This document shows, one piece after another, positions 34,705 to 49,828 of a DNA stretch of 64,000 nt. How positions within the stretch are numbered: the stretch's first letter is position 1; the number at the start of each line of letters is the position of its first letter. The notes beneath the pieces are model-generated. The model was not told where the DNA came from. It saw only the letters and a program-made list of their open reading frames with translations, and made no database searches. Position numbers and translations under genes: made by a program. The stretch comes from Octopus vulgaris (lineage: Eukaryota): the NCBI GenBank assembly GCA_951406725.2, contig CATOCA020000001.1, positions 7,440,001-7,504,000 of the forward strand. The letters are read 5' to 3'.

Positions 34705-34847
34705 GGTTGGAATTTGAAACTATTTCTTGTGAAGAGTATCGACTTGTAACCTTTAATTAAGATCTTAATACATAAGCATCACGAAAGATGTTTTATGAAT
34801 ACATTTGTGTACACTACACGCCGAGACAAAGGCCGGGTGACTACTAG
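34705..34847 (+). mobile_element. Helitron-like 3' end
   Basis: Imperfect GC hairpin (ccgagacaaaggccggg) followed by CTAG|T. Second copy at 36727-36869. Confidence 0.55.
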
Positions 34848-35097
34848 TATATATTATACACACACATACATACATACATGCGCATAGCAGACTTAATAAA
34901 ATAGGCTAAGAGAAGAATAAGAGAGAGAGGAAATGGAGGAAGCGAGGTATTGAATTAAACACTGGGTTTACAGTTTGAAGTTCGGAAGTGTGGAAGTTGT
35001 AAAGATAATTTATGGACAGGTCAGAAAGAAAGCTAAAACAGCAAATGGAGTGGGAGGGAGTTACAGATAATAAATACATGAAACTTGACTTTATCAC

Positions 35098-35167
<70 letters not shown>

Positions 35168-35189
35168 TTATATTCATTTTTAAAAATCT

Positions 35190-35520
35190 TTTACTTGTTT
35201 CAGGCACTTGACAGCGACCATTCTGTAGCACCACCTTCAAGGGTTCTAGTTGAACAAATCAACCCCCGGACGTTTTTTCAGCCTAGTACTTATTCTATCG
35301 GCATCTTTAAGCGAACCGCAAAGTTATGGTGATGTAAACACACCAACACCGGTTGCCAATCGATGATGAAAAGTCCATATAAACACACAAGTATATATAT
35401 GCGACGGGCTTCTTTCACTTCCCATCTACCAAATTCAATCTCAAGGCTTCAAGGGATTGAACGCAGAACCATGTGGTGAGGAAGCAAGCTTCTTACCACA
35501 CAGCCATTCCTGTGACTATA
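35190..35520 (-). mobile_element. Degenerate tRNA-derived SINE
   Basis: Family tail and head recognisable. Confidence 0.75.
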
Positions 35521-35998
35521 TACACATATATATACATATATGAATTTTGTAGTGTCCAGGGAGTCATTATGCCAATATCATTAACACACGCACTGGTTCC
35601 ATTCCACTTCTTTATTGTTTGTCAATATTAAATTCATTTGTTTTCAAAATATTTTCTTTTCTAAGATGAACATAATTTTTGCATAATTCATCGATGAACG
35701 AAATGTAAAGAAACATACAGGCACGAACACACATTTACCCACTCACACACACACACACACAAGCACATGCATAGGTGTATATAAACATGTATGCCTATGT
35801 ATGAGTGTATACACATACATACACATACGTACATATAGATGTATAATGATAAATGAAAATTTATTGAACCGATTTTTATGAAGTTTGGTAAACGAATGAA
35901 ATAAAGTCACGTGATTGAATTTAGAAACAACAAAAATGAATTGCATGTTACGAGATTTATTGTGGATTTTTTAAAGATATTTTACTTCAGAACATTCA

Positions 35999-36385
35999 GG
36001 CGCAGGAGTGGCTGTGTGGTAAGTAGCTTGCTAACCAACCACATGGTTCCGGGTTCAGTCCCACTGCGTGGCACCTTGGGCAAGTGTCTTCTGCTATAGC
36101 CCCGGGCCGACCAATGCCTTGTGAGTGGATTTGGTAGACGGAAACTGAAAGAAGCCTGTCGTATATATGTATATATATATGTATATATGTGTATGTGTGT
36201 GTGTTTGTCCCCTAGCATTACGTCCCTGTCACTTAGCGGTTCGGCAAAAGAGACCGATAGAATAAGTACTGGGCTTACAAAGAATAAGTCCCGGGGTCGA
36301 GCTGCTCGACTAAAGGCGGTGCTCCAGCATGGCCGCAGTCAAATGACTCAAACAAGTAAAAGAGTAAAGAGAGCAAAGAGAGTAT
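35999..36385 (+). mobile_element. tRNA-derived SINE, young-looking copy
   Basis: ggcgcaggagtggctgtgtgg...gtaaaagagtaaaga tail. Confidence 0.92.
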
Positions 36386-36419
36386 GATGCGTAGAAGACA
36401 ACATAATATTTTTCAATCA

Positions 36420-36869
36420 TCTGGAGCTCAAAGCTCCCGAAGTTGAAGGTCTATGGAGACACAAGAAGAATGGCAGGACAGGCACGGAGACAAAGAAATG
36501 TCGTAGAGACACAACAGCAACAGGAAGTAAAACATCCGTTTCAAACAACTAGGCAAGCCTGCTGGAGGGAACAAGCGACACCAGAGGGGAAACGACAGAG
36601 GTTCGAGTCTCAAGCCATTAGAAAAGCCAGCTTAAGAGAATATATGTTAACAGAACAACTTCAAAGTAACGCAGATAAAAAATGCCTGCTCAAGAGAAGA
36701 GGAAACATCAAAGTAACGACAAGTCAGGTTGGAATTTAAAACTTTATCTTTTGGAGAGGAGCGACTAGTAACCTTTAACTAAGATCTTAATACATAAGCA
36801 TTACGATAGATGTTTTATGAATACATTTGTGTAGAGTACACACTGGGTCAAAGGTCGGGTGAGCGCTTG
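36420..36869 (+). mobile_element. Non-autonomous Helitron-like remnant
   Basis: Charged ETQQQQE/EQATPE repeat-like peptide followed by a paralog of the 34705-34847 terminus. Confidence 0.45.
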
Positions 36870-37329
36870 TACATATTATAAATACACAAATTTGGTGATT
36901 TGTTTAGTCTACTTCTTTTCCCCAAGAGCTTCATGCATTAGTGAACAGTCAACAGCGTTGGAGACCATGGAGATTAAATTTCTGAATATTTGAAAAGAGT
37001 TTCCTGTATCATTGTAATTTTTGGTGGATATCAAAATGCCGACATCATGACTGATGCTCAATGCTCTGTGAATACTGTAAAGGCTGTGAGATGTGACACA
37101 CGCATGAGACTGTGAATCTGTAGCTACTGGGAAGGGACATAGTAGGAGTTCTGAGTGTGTCTGCACCACACCACAATTCATTGCCACATCGTTGAGCAGG
37201 CAGTGAGTTACGCTCTACACAGACAGCTTTGTGAAACTGCTGTAGACTGGGATCAAACTCTGGCTGGAGAGGATTGCCATTGGAAGGTCATATGTGTGGC
37301 AGCAAGAATCATCTCTTCGTCATACCGCT

Positions 37330-37715
37330 GGAAGGAACCAGACGTGATTGTTGGAGATTTTCTACGACTGTCCCAGCCCGAATTTCTGGTCTTCTAATTC
37401 CCCTGATTGTAATACCCTGGATTACTATGTGAGGGGCGCAATTGAGAAAGATACCAATCACTCTTCCTGCAGCACTAAGTCCAAGCTGACGACCAAGATC
37501 AAAGAGGGGTTCGAAAATCTCCCCAAGGACACAGTGAGAAACGCATATGCCAGGCTTTGAAGATGTGTTGAGGCTGTGGTGGAAGTGAAGGGCAGATAAT
37601 TTCAGGAAACCTTTATCTCTCAGCCAAAACCTAGTTTTGACAGGTTTTGAATTTTTAAAACGCTTATTTTTGGATGTGATGAGGAGTTTTATTTTCCTTT
37701 TGTGAAAACTGTCAA
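37330..37715 (+). mobile_element. Tc1/mariner-superfamily transposase 3' fragment (DD37D/maT-like)
   Basis: FWSSNSPDCNTLDYYVRG resembles WPPNSPDLNPLDYYVWG. Confidence 0.7.
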
Positions 37716-37729
37716 ATGTATTCTTGTGT

Positions 37730-38145
37730 TCTTTTTACTTGCTTCAGTCATTTGTCTGCGGCCATGCAGGAGCACCACTATTAGGCGAGCAAATCGACCC
37801 CACGATATATTCTTTGTAAACCTATTACTTATTCTTAGTCTCTTTCCCGAACCACTAAATTAGAGGGATGTAAACACACCAGCATCGGTTGTCAAGCGAT
37901 GTTGGCGGGGGGATAAACACAGATACACAAACACAAACGCACACATACACACATACACACACACGTATACACACACACACACATACATATATATATATAT
38001 GACGGGCTTCTCTCAGTTTTCGTCAACCAAATCCAGTCACAAGGCTTTGGTTGGCCCGAGACTATAGTAGAAAACACTTGCCGAAGGTGCCACGTAGTGG
38101 GACTCAACCTAGATCCATTTGGTTGCTAAGCAAGCTTCTTTTCAC
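37730..38145 (-). mobile_element. tRNA-derived SINE
   Basis: Family motifs. Confidence 0.85.
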
Positions 38146-38164
38146 ACACACGCATTTCTGTGTG

Positions 38165-38265
<101 letters not shown>

Positions 38266-38639
38266 CCAACCTGGGTTTTTATTCATGTTTGTTACAGCTC
38301 TGGTTGCGATAGAAGCCGTCAGTTTATCGAAATTTCCTTGGAAAATTGATTTGGGGAAAAAGTGTACAAATCTCGATGCCAACACATTGTTACTGTTTCT
38401 TATTGTACACTGTCCTCTTTTGTTCTACAAAAACCTGCCACACACTGCTTGACGCTTACAGACCTGGATCTTATTCCTTTATATAGAGCGAGATACTGAC
38501 ACAAACACACACACACATATACACACACATATTACACACGTTCGTAGGCACAAGAGTAACTGTGGCAAGAAGCAATTATCTTCTGTTATAGCCGTGAGCT
38601 GACCAAAGCCTTATAAGTTGTGTATGGTCAGTGCATCTC

Positions 38640-39700
38640 CGACCGGGTCGATCAATTTGCTCAATAGAGTAGTGTTGTTCGTATACGCCAGGTTGGTAAA
38701 ATGGTTAAGTCTCGAAGGCACCACCAGATACTTTCTTACAGACCTTGACCATCAGACAATCGATGACACAGTTGAAAAGATCAAGGGTGGCCTTTCAATC
38801 TTTTTGATCCCCTGTTAATGGAGAACCAGTCAGAATCCTTGCCGTTCACCCGGATGCAGCACTCGGTACTGCTATACACCTGTTGGAACATGGTTGTGAT
38901 CTTGGGAGGCGCGTCGACAAGCTTGAGAACTTTCGATTACTGGTTGGGACACTCATATTTAAGTTGCAAGTGAATCTCGTCACAGAGAACCATCCCCGCC
39001 ATGATTCCTCCTGTCTCCATGATCCTAACATCGCGCCTCAATATTCGCGGGTTCTTTGATCAATCGCTTCATTACCCTGGCTGACAATGAGACTGTCAAC
39101 TGAGAGATCTTCAAATCAAATGTCAACCAGTCTGCACATTATTTCCTGGTAAACACAATACTTCCTCCGAAGGATCTTGAAGGAAATCAATTACCACCGG
39201 GAGGCCCGAATGCGTGGCGACATGAATGAGTACAGCAGGATCGACCTGAAATGCAGCAATGCCCATCTCAGATAAAAGAGGGAAATTCTGGGCAGAAGAA
39301 GCCGAACGTCTGGAGGCAGCATCAAAGAACGACGACATACACCAAGTGTTGAACATGTTCCAAAGAGCCTGTGCTTGTCTCCAGTTCAAGACAGCACAGG
39401 TGAAGGATACCAATGACAACGCCGTAGTCAAGGAAACCACCTGCTTCAAACGCTGGAAGGAGAGCTTTAGCCTTCTTCTTCATCACCCAACTGTTCCCAT
39501 CCATCGCAGCCTAACCGTCGCTATAGACTCATCCGCAACCACATCACTTACAGGTTGTGTCCTATCACCCCGACGTGGTCAGGGCCACCCTGAAGAAGCT
39601 CAACAACAGCAAAACCCTTGGAATCTACACTATCACTGCAGAGATTTTGAAGGCGGGCGATAAATCATGATTCAGTGACCATCCCACATCATCCACCAGC
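38640..39700 (+). mobile_element. Decayed RTE-like LINE fragment
   Basis: FWAEEAERLEAAS, KRWKESFSLLL and LKKLNNSKTLGIYTITAEILKAG. Confidence 0.7.
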
Positions 39701-39804
39701 ACCAGTGTGTCTTTCTGTCTGTCTGTCTATCTATCTGTCTGTTTGTCTATGTATCTATCTGTCTGTATGTCTGCCTGAATTCTAACTGTCTTTCTAAATC
39801 TGTT

Positions 39805-39864
<60 letters not shown>

Positions 39865-40410
39865 TGTATGTGCACATTTCAGCGTTTGTGTGTATCGCAA
39901 CATCCACTTCGTAGCCGGTGGTGGTCCATTTACCTCGACATAACTTAGCGGCTCTGCATTGATAGAATAAGTATCAGGCTAAACAAATAAGACCTGGGGT
40001 CTATTCACCATTCGACTAAAATCTTTCCAGGCGATGCCCAAGCATGGCCATAGTCGACTGACACAAGTATGTATACCTCCTTGCGACGATGTAAACTTTC
40101 ATTTAATCAAGATATTTTTGGCTTTGAAAAGCAGCCTCCAGTATACAACAATCTCGGTTATTTGCCATTTCCAAGGTTCTGCTTGCTATGAAACATATGT
40201 AACCCGGATCCTATCGACTCCATTCCTTAACTCTTGTATTCTAATTCTCACACCGGGCAACCCTAATCGCCTACCGAGAAATAGGAAAAGAAATTTTTTT
40301 AAACGTTTCGAACTTCGATACGTAAAAACACCGAAACTTCCGCTTCAATAACGCACTATTGTCTTTGATCGTTTTCCCTACACCTCGATCAATGGATTTT
40401 ATATATCACC

Positions 40411-40468
<58 letters not shown>

Positions 40469-41097
40469 CTGTGATAGACGTTGAGAAACCAACTAAGTGA
40501 TAGTGTCTGTCCAATATACTGCTTGTAGCGTACGCAATTATTCTTATCCAAGTGCTAGTTCCAAGTGTGTGTGTATATAAACATATATAGGCATATGTAT
40601 GAGCATGTATATATATTATATATATATTTTGTATATATGAGAGGCTATACAAGAAGCCATGGGCTTCTGGGTGTTTACACACATATGTATCCAAAGGTCT
40701 GGAAATGGATATATACGTGTGTGCGCATGTGTGGTGATCAGGGTGTGGGTATGATCGAGTTTGGATATGCATGTATATAATTATGTACGCACATGTATAT
40801 GGGTGTGAATGTATATCTGCTTAGTGGTAGTATAGGTGCATCTGTGGTTCTGTAGTTATATGTATGTATGCTTGCATGGGCTGAGTATAGACAGGTATAG
40901 ATAGGAATACCCCATCGCTTTTTGTCTACCAAGGGTATGTTATTCCATACTCCTATTAGGAATATTCTACATAAACCTAGCTTATGCAATGGGTCTAAGA
41001 ACCCGTCTCTTATGAAACTTTACAAAAAACACACGCGTGACTAGTTTCTCATAGATGCTAGCATTTAGTAATTGAAAGGCACCCAAGCAATGGACAG

Positions 41098-41104
41098 AAT
41101 AATG

Positions 41105-41175
<71 letters not shown>

Positions 41176-41206
41176 TATAATGAAAAAAATAATATTAATA
41201 ATAATG

Positions 41207-41237
<31 letters not shown>

Positions 41238-41272
41238 TAATTATAATGAAAAAAATAATATTAATAATAATG

Positions 41273-41329
<57 letters not shown>

Positions 41330-41341
41330 TTAATGATGATG

Positions 41342-41409
<68 letters not shown>
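41098..41409. repeat. (AAT)n microsatellite
   Basis: Seen directly. Confidence 0.98.
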
Positions 41410-41539
41410 TGGTGATGGTGTCACAATAAAAACACTGGTAATTGCGCAACCTGATAATCGCTACCTCATATATGTTACAATGAAAAAACAAAATATTGTG
41501 AATAACTGGTAATGAAACTGAAGCCAATGATTGTGACAG

Positions 41540-42920
41540 TGTTACACCCGGTAGGCTCAGAGATTCTGGTCCGGCTTCAGCCCGCCCATATCCAGAAAGG
41601 GACTACCACACACGGCGTAGATTGAGGAAGCAAATTAATGCTGTGGTCATGGAGTGTTAGTACCTGAGCAGCGCGGTAGATGAAAATGGTGCTCAAACTA
41701 GGGGTTACTCATAATGTATTATGATCCTGGGAGAGAAAAGGGGTTGATTCAACTCCCGGAAAAGAGTATATGTGGTCAAGCTAGAGCAATAAGATAAAAC
41801 TTGTTGGTTCACAGAAGTAGAGCTCGAAGCTATCAAAAGACGGGTCATGGAATATAGTAGCAGAGATAACAAGGAAAATACAGTTCTTAATAATAAGAGT
41901 AAATTCATAGCACAGGAAAGGAGCAGTGGTAGTCTACTTGATTAGAGACATATAGACGATCTAAAAGAAGACAATAAATCTAATGGCGACATGACAGATG
42001 AACAGATCTACGACAGAATGAAGGTAAGACTACAGGAGAATGATATAGCGACATTATTTGCTAAAAAGGTTGATCGATGGAAATTGAACCAAGAAACGAA
42101 AAATGTCAATGTAATTCAGAAATACATCAAAACAAACAACATCACAGAATAAAATAATTTGATCAACGCAGCAAGTATTGTTGTAGCAGAAAACTTGGGC
42201 GTTGATGTCAAGAAAAAAACAACATAATGGGAATGGCAAAAGAAAAGATCCATGGTGGTAAAGAAGAACACAGACAGGGTCAGACTTGCTCTCGAAGGAA
42301 ATCTCTGTGGTAGACCGAAAAGAGAAAGGAGAGCCTCAAAGAAAACAAAAATACAGGGCGATTTAAAGAAAGTATAATATTGAAAGAAATGGCCTGAAAG
42401 TAGTAATCGAGGGACTGAAACAGCGCCTCGTTGCAAAGAAAGCAAAGATGGTAAGATACGACCAAAGAATTTGGATAGTAGTCTGTCTAAAAGAAGCAGA
42501 ACTAGTCATTTCAGTTAAGGAAGTGAAGGAAATCAGCAAAAAAAAATGAGCAACTGGAAGGCCCCGGGACCAAGGCTACTGGATCAAAAAATTTGGTGAA
42601 TGTCATGCACGAATAGCTGCGAAACTCAACACCTTGTTAAATGCCGACCAAGTAATATCAGAGAGGTTGGCATTGGGTAGGACAGCGCTGTGCCTGAAAA
42701 AAACATGGAAAAAGGCAATACGGTAGACAATTACAGGCCGATATCCTGTTTGCCACTTATGTGGAAATGATTGACTGGAATACTCGCAATGTCCGAACAT
42801 CTGGAAAAAAGGGAGTCCTGCCACATGAGCAGAAAGGTTGCAAGCGTAAGCGCAGAAGTACCAAGGATCAATTCCTGATAGACTAAAGTGTACTTAGAGA
42901 CTGCAGGAGGAGGAAAACTA
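41540..42920 (+). mobile_element. Decayed R4/Dong-clade non-LTR retrotransposon (5' part to early RT)
   Basis: NWKAPGP, GYWIKK, NYRPISCLPLMWK and EQKGCKR..STKDQFLID. Confidence 0.8.
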
Positions 42921-44076
42921 GTCATGGTAGTATTTCTGATTATTGTGGGTTAGTGAAACCGTGCAGTATCCCTTGGATTCCGCAGAAAGTGATGCAGAAG
43001 CCATACCAATGACGCTCTTCAATTTGACCGTGATAATGTCGAGTGTGTTCTCTAGCTTCTCACTAATGAAGCTCTTGTCAGTGCTACCGCCATCAATTAA
43101 TGCTTCGGCTTTATAGCTATTGTTCAGTATAACCTTGGAGGTTACTCGGAAGTGTGAACCTGCTGATGCTGATACTGCCATTGGCAAATAATTTTCACCA
43201 TCATCCTGTGTTACAGTTGCTGCGGTGCTCCTACATAGTTTTCCAAAATGCCCTATTTTGGGCATTTGTGACAGACTGCTTTCCGCGCAGGGCAGTGAGT
43301 CCGCGGGTGTCCGGAATAGCCACAAAGCCAACATTGACAGGGGTCTCCTCCCTGCTTTGGGGAATCTATTGGCTTAGCTACAATGGATGCAGTTGGACTG
43401 AATTTGGCACCCTCAGAGTTTAGAAATACACAGGAACTATGTTGCGCCACATCTAGGGAACATGCTTGACCATAAGCTGTACTGAGGTCGACACTTTTGT
43501 TTTCTAATAGTCTTTGTCGTATTTGATTCGAAGTGAGCCCATTTATAAACACATCTCGAATCATTTCAGACCGGTACTACTCAGCACTCACTGCAACAAA
43601 GTCAGTCTTTCGCTAATATTTTGAGTTCATTTAAGAACTGGTCTAGAGATTCCCCTAGTTTATGTTTCCTTGTGGCTAAAAGATGGCGTGCCATTACGAT
43701 GTTCTTTGGTTTAATGTACACAATCTTTAGTGTATTCACAGCTTCTTCGTAGTTCTTAGCTTCACTGATGAATTCGTATACGTTCGGTTCCACATAATTA
43801 ACCAAAAGATTGCGTTTATCGATAACCCTACCTTCCTGCCCTGGTAGTGAGTCTATAAAGTTGGTGAAAGTTCTAAACCAGTGATTAAAAACTTTATCAG
43901 CATTTATAGAATTTCAGTTTGTATTCAGTCTGTCAGATTTCAAGTATCTTTCCATATCGTTCGCGTCTTTTCGCAAGTTTCTTTCTGCAACGTTTCCCAG
44001 TTGTGTATTTTCAAAAATTAGTTTCTTTAATTGTAATGTATAACCAGTAAATCCTGGTTCAAAGAAACTAATTTTT
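42921..44076 (-). mobile_element. Ty3/gypsy-like gag-protease fragment
   Basis: MARHLLATRK, IRDVFINGLTSNQIRQRLLE, two CCHC knuckles and ALIDGGST protease motif, with frameshifts. Confidence 0.85.
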
Positions 44077-44209
44077 AGTCATGGGCCTGTGCCTTATTCC
44101 GAAAGGCCGTTCTCTGTTTTCCTCTTCCTGTCAAATGCGTATGCTCTTTATATCAACGTTGTTTGCATAATATTCTATATCTTACTAGTATCAGTTTAGA
44201 CGCTGAGAA

Positions 44210-44366
44210 TTTCGACCCCAGTATGCAACTGGTACTTAATTTATCGACCACGGCAGGATGAAAGGCAAAGTTGACCTCGGCTGAATTTAAACTCAGAATG
44301 TAAAGACAAACGAAATATCGCTAAGCATTTCGCCCGACGTGCTAACGTTTCTGCTTGCTCGCCGCC
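44210..44366 (-). mobile_element. Second SINE family (Meta/MESC-core-like); degenerate copies at about 6040, 9640 and 19940
   Basis: ggcggcgag...gcctttcatcct...ggtcgataaattaagtaccag. Confidence 0.75.
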
Positions 44367-44840
44367 CTCTGTTGTTAATGATATTAATAAGGTAATAATA
44401 AGGTGGCTAGCAAGTTCACATGGTTACTGGCACATTATAAGCTAAATTTAGATTCAGTAGGGTATATAATACCACTTGCTAAAATCAGAGCCAAAGCTCC
44501 AAACCATCGGAATCTCACAATATATATGTATTGTGGTATTTCGGTCATTTTTGCCAAATAAACATATGCTCTATATATTCGTTCTCTTTACTCGTTTATT
44601 AATGTTCTTATTTTAACTCATGTCCCTTGTCAGGAAATCCTTCGTCACACATCTGTGGCCTCCATGTGTGCTCCCATCTGCCCCCCATGTGTGCTCCTTT
44701 TCTGCTCATTCCGTGGAGTGAAGAACGAATAAATAGTTCGACTGTTTAATTAGCCCCTAAAATATAATAATGACCATCCCGAAATACAACAATACCTGTT
44801 TCAAACTCATGGTTTCAAACCAGGAATCTTGCAACACATG

Positions 44841-44906
<66 letters not shown>

Positions 44907-44989
44907 GGTCCCGGGTTGATTCGGGGTTAACCACAGTAAATAAGGTACTCAATACATAGCAGAGTAAAATTAATTTATTATATAGAAGG

Positions 44990-45040
44990 AGCTTCTACAG
45001 GACTAGAACTGTTTCATTCAAGAGAAATCTTCAGGAAGCT
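44990..45040 (-). ncRNA. Type I hammerhead ribozyme motif
   Basis: agcttc-CTGAAGA-tttctcttgaat-GAAACAG-ttctagtc-CTGTA-gaagct. Stem I 6 bp, stem III 4 bp, U-U mismatch at the base of stem II. Confidence 0.7.
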
Positions 45041-45943
45041 AGTTAACAAGAATTGTATTGGCATTTATACATTTAGACAGGTTTGGTGGGGGACTTTTTG
45101 GGGGTAGGCATAGCGCAAAATATCATACTTGGGGGAGTGGTCAAGGAGTCAGTGTTAAATTAGATAGAAGAATAAATAAAAAAAAAATTAAAAAAACATA
45201 TGTATAAAAAAAAAGGGGAATAGAGTTTTAGGTAAGTAAGGAGATTCTCACTTATACCTATGCACATATGTGTACATATATACACACACATATACAAACA
45301 TATATACATATACATACACACATACATACACACACATATATATACATATATATACACTTACACATACATATACATATCTACACATACACATATATGTATA
45401 CATACACACACTCACATGCATACACTTATACACACATGTATATATACACACACGACCACACATACATATACACACAGAAAGATATATATATATACACATA
45501 CACACACATACTCACATACACGCAAACACACACATATATCCACACACACACATGCACACACAGCACACTAGTCCCTATATACACATATATACACATACAC
45601 ACATATATACACACACATACATATACATATATATATATATATATATACATATGTGTACCTATGCATACCTACACATACACACATATATATACACATACAA
45701 ATACAGACCCATTCCCTAATTTTAATTTTATTATCTTCATTTATTACTTTTGTTATCTTTGGCCGCTTGGTCACAAACATCTTGGCTATGACCTGGAAAA
45801 CAAGCACTCATTCACTCACGCACACTCTTTAGCACGTACACTCACTCATTCGTACACTCATACACATACACGCACGCACGCGTTATATTCATACATACAT
45901 ACATCTACATACATTCACGTATATACACATACGTACGCGTACC

Positions 45944-45996
<53 letters not shown>

Positions 45997-45998
<2 letters not shown>

Positions 45999-46445
45999 AA
46001 ATATTAGGGAATAAATCCAAACTTACAGGGAAAAATCAGATTTAGGATTAAATCCAATTTTATAGTATAAATATATTATATTAAATTAGAGATAAAACCA
46101 CTATTAGGCAAATCAAACAATGAAAAACATAAGCCAATACATAAAATTAATTAATTTATATTATAATAAAAATATATCAAAAGTATTAAAAGTTTAATAA
46201 AAGATAGTGAGAATCAGAATCGAAATCGATCAATGGAAATTGCAGCTGAGATACCAGTGCCGGTGGCACGTAAGAGAACCATCCGAATGGCGCCGTTGCC
46301 AGCGCCACCCCGACTGGCCTCGTTATCTTTTATTAAACTTTTAATACTTTTGATATATTTGAAAAAAAAATATTAATTAATTAATTTTATGTATTGGCTT
46401 ATGTTTTTCATTGTTTGATTTGCCTAATAGTGGTTTTATCTCTAA

Positions 46446-46455
<10 letters not shown>
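45997..46455. mobile_element. (TA)n-flanked foldback element, ~130-bp inverted arms around a GC-rich 120-bp core; duplicate at 54113-54565
   Basis: attaaattagagataaaaccactattaggc... / ...gcctaatagtggttttatctctaatttaat. Confidence 0.8.
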
Positions 46456-46511
<56 letters not shown>

Positions 46512-46656
46512 ATATATCATATAATTAAGAGCTAAAGAAGATTATTCTAAAGCCAATACACTGATTTATCCACTTATATTCCGAAATTGATTCAATATAG
46601 GGATAACGAAATTAAAATTTTCTAAGGGTTAGTTGCTCGTTTTCAGTTTCAATTTT

Positions 46657-47110
46657 CGTGAGGTCGCACGAAAACAGTCGTCAATATAACTACCGTATAG
46701 ATCGGGAGTGGGACCAGTGAAACTGGAGAATATTTGCGACTCAACATAGCCAACGAACAGGTTTGCATCGTTGAGACCCATTCTTGTTCCCATGGCCACT
46801 CCCGAAAACTGCTGGTAAAAAGCACCAGCGAACGAGAAGCTGAGTGAAAGAACAATTTCGGCCAGACGAACGGGTGTGGAAGTGTCGGGTTGGGGTTTAG
46901 GTCGAAGGTCAATGAAATGAAGGATTGCCCGCAGCCCCTCGAGTTGAAGGATCACTGTGTAAAGCCTCTGGATGTGGAGAATGAAGAGAAGTTTTGAGGG
47001 GCCAGGAGGGAAGGAGAAAGAGTTGAACAAACGAAGTGCATGGTTGGTGTCATGGATGTGGATGTGAGAGGGAGGGGAAACCACTAGGAGGGCAAGAACG
47101 CGGTCAGGAT
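46657..47110 (-). mobile_element. Penelope-like element RT fragment
   Basis: [33 protein letters not shown] and YIDDCF. Confidence 0.9.
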
Positions 47111-47157
47111 AAATATATATATATATATGTATAAATATATATATATATATAATTATA

Positions 47158-48513
<1,356 letters not shown>

Positions 48514-48517
48514 AACC

Positions 48518-48579
<62 letters not shown>

Positions 48580-49376
48580 CATACAAACATATATATATAT
48601 ATATATATATATACATACATACAGATATATAAATCGTTAAACTAATATATGTCTTGTTTTTCATTCGTTTCTCTCGTCGTATATATGTATATATATATAT
48701 ATATATATATCTGTGTGTGTGTGTGTGTGTGTGTATTTGTGCGTCTGTGTTTGTCCTTCCCAACATCGCTTGACAGCCGATACTGGTGTGTTTACGTCCC
48801 CGTAACTTAGCGGTTCGGCAAAAGATTCTGATAGAACAAGTACCCGCCTTACAAAGTATAAATAAGTCCTGGGGTCTATTTCCTCGACTAAAGGCGGTGC
48901 TCCAGCATGGTCGCTGTCAAATGCCTGAAACGAGTAAAAGAGAGAAAGAGAATCCTCCCCACCTCAACGTGGTTGTTCTGCATAGAATAATGTTACTACA
49001 ATTGTAGCCTCCTCCTGCTGGTTAGCGGCAATATATATATATATATATAACCTCTTTATTCGTTTAGGGATTTCGGCGATGCTGGAGCAGAGCCTTGAAG
49101 AATTATTACTGGAATATATCGGCCGCATTACTTTTTTGTAAAATCTGTTATTTATTCTCTCTATCTCTCTCTCTCTTTTAATCGTTTCAGTCATTTGACT
49201 GCGGCCATGCTGGAGCACCGCTTTTAATCGAGCAACTCGACCTCGGGACTTATTCTTTTGTAAGCCCAGTACTTATTCTATCGGTCCCTTTTTCCGAACC
49301 GCTGAGTAACGGGGACATAAACATACAAGCATCGGTTGTCAAGCAATGCTAGGGGAACAAATACAGACACACACAC

Positions 49377-49413
<37 letters not shown>

Positions 49414-49416
<3 letters not shown>

Positions 49417-49828
49417 TTATCTTTGTTTACATATTCTCTCGATAAATTTCTGACCGTTAGACGATATACCACAATCCCCTATTTTGTCGGGTTTGTTCTG
49501 AGTCTGCGCAGTGTTTTGAATAGTTTAGAAAGAGCATTTCAATAGACGCACATGGGTCTATTAATATGGTCTTCCCATCATTAACAAGAATCTTACTGAA
49601 GAGCCAGCCTGAGTAAATAAATATTATTTTTATTACTGAATTTGGCGAAACTGCGGTATAAGAAAAGCTAAGTTTGTAAAAGTTTTTAATTTTCATCTCA
49701 CTAAATTTATCCACCTACTGTGTATCTAGTGCACTCTTCGCCTTGAATGTAATGATATATGAATAATATATGGCGTGTGCTGGTACACCGGCGATTATAA
49801 TTAATTTTATTGCATCGCATTTATCTTT

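Noticed and set aside
35999-36075. tRNA-like A/B boxes as a tRNA gene
   Set aside because: Continues into SINE core and tail and occurs in many degenerate copies.
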